In this document: in pieces, positions 34,351 to 36,365 of the stretch
How positions within the stretch are numbered: position 1 is the stretch's first letter
Layout of the letters: the number at the start of each line of letters is the position of its first letter
Source of the DNA: Perkinsus olseni
Taxonomy: Eukaryota
Direction: 5' to 3'
Length of the DNA: 36,365 nt
Assembly: GCA_013115125.1 (NCBI GenBank)
Contig: JABANN010000350.1
Span: forward strand, 1 to 36,365
The notes under the pieces: model-generated
What the model was told of the DNA's origin: nothing
Databases searched by the model: none
Seen by the model: only the letters and a program-made list of their open reading frames with translations
Translations under genes and position numbers: made by a program

Positions 34351-34612
34351 GAGTGGAAGGGAGTAAAATGGTGAGTATTGGCTGATGCAGCAACGAGTAA
34401 CCGAAATGGAGGAGCACGTCTGAGCTACAACGCCGACGGTAGAGAGGCCCTTGCTCAGCTCCGCGGGGGCAGCGATCGGTGATGAGAGCCGCAAGTAGGT
34501 GCGCAGTTGATAACGCGCGCGCCATCGTGATCGATTAGGAGAGAAGAATTGACATTCTCCCTTGAGCGTTTCGATCGCTGTTAGTTAGGCTTGCCTTGTC
34601 TCTCTGTTGAGA

Positions 34613-36365
<1,753 letters not shown>

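Overview
Eukaryotic, gene-dense genomic window with short spliceosomal introns (mostly GT-AG, at least one GC-AG). It looks like an alveolate protist, most plausibly Perkinsus or a relative; this is inferred from the aldolase C-terminus SLYVKNYVY, a VKNTF-motif Mei2-like protein, intron style and lineage-type secreted proteins, not from a database match. Recognisable genes: two tandem intronless class I fructose-bisphosphate aldolases, a multi-exon two-domain cathepsin X/Z-like protease, an intronless Mei2-like RRM protein, an MFS transporter, EMC2 (TPR) and the 5' part of GDP-L-fucose synthase. There are also several orphan secreted or coiled-coil proteins, a 305-bp hAT-type MITE with an 8-bp TSD inside a secreted-protein paralog, degenerate Mutator-like remnants, a 30-bp minisatellite and a 99-N gap. 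Most interesting observations: a cathepsin with one canonical and one altered catalytic domain, a 54-aa twin-CX3C microprotein, an 8-Cys secreted peptide, a gene-conversion-like tract between the aldolases, a recurrent (T)CAGTW motif just upstream of start codons, and long same-strand gene blocks. No CRISPR array, rRNA or tRNA was seen. Exon boundaries were read by eye, so multi-exon gene limits are approximate.
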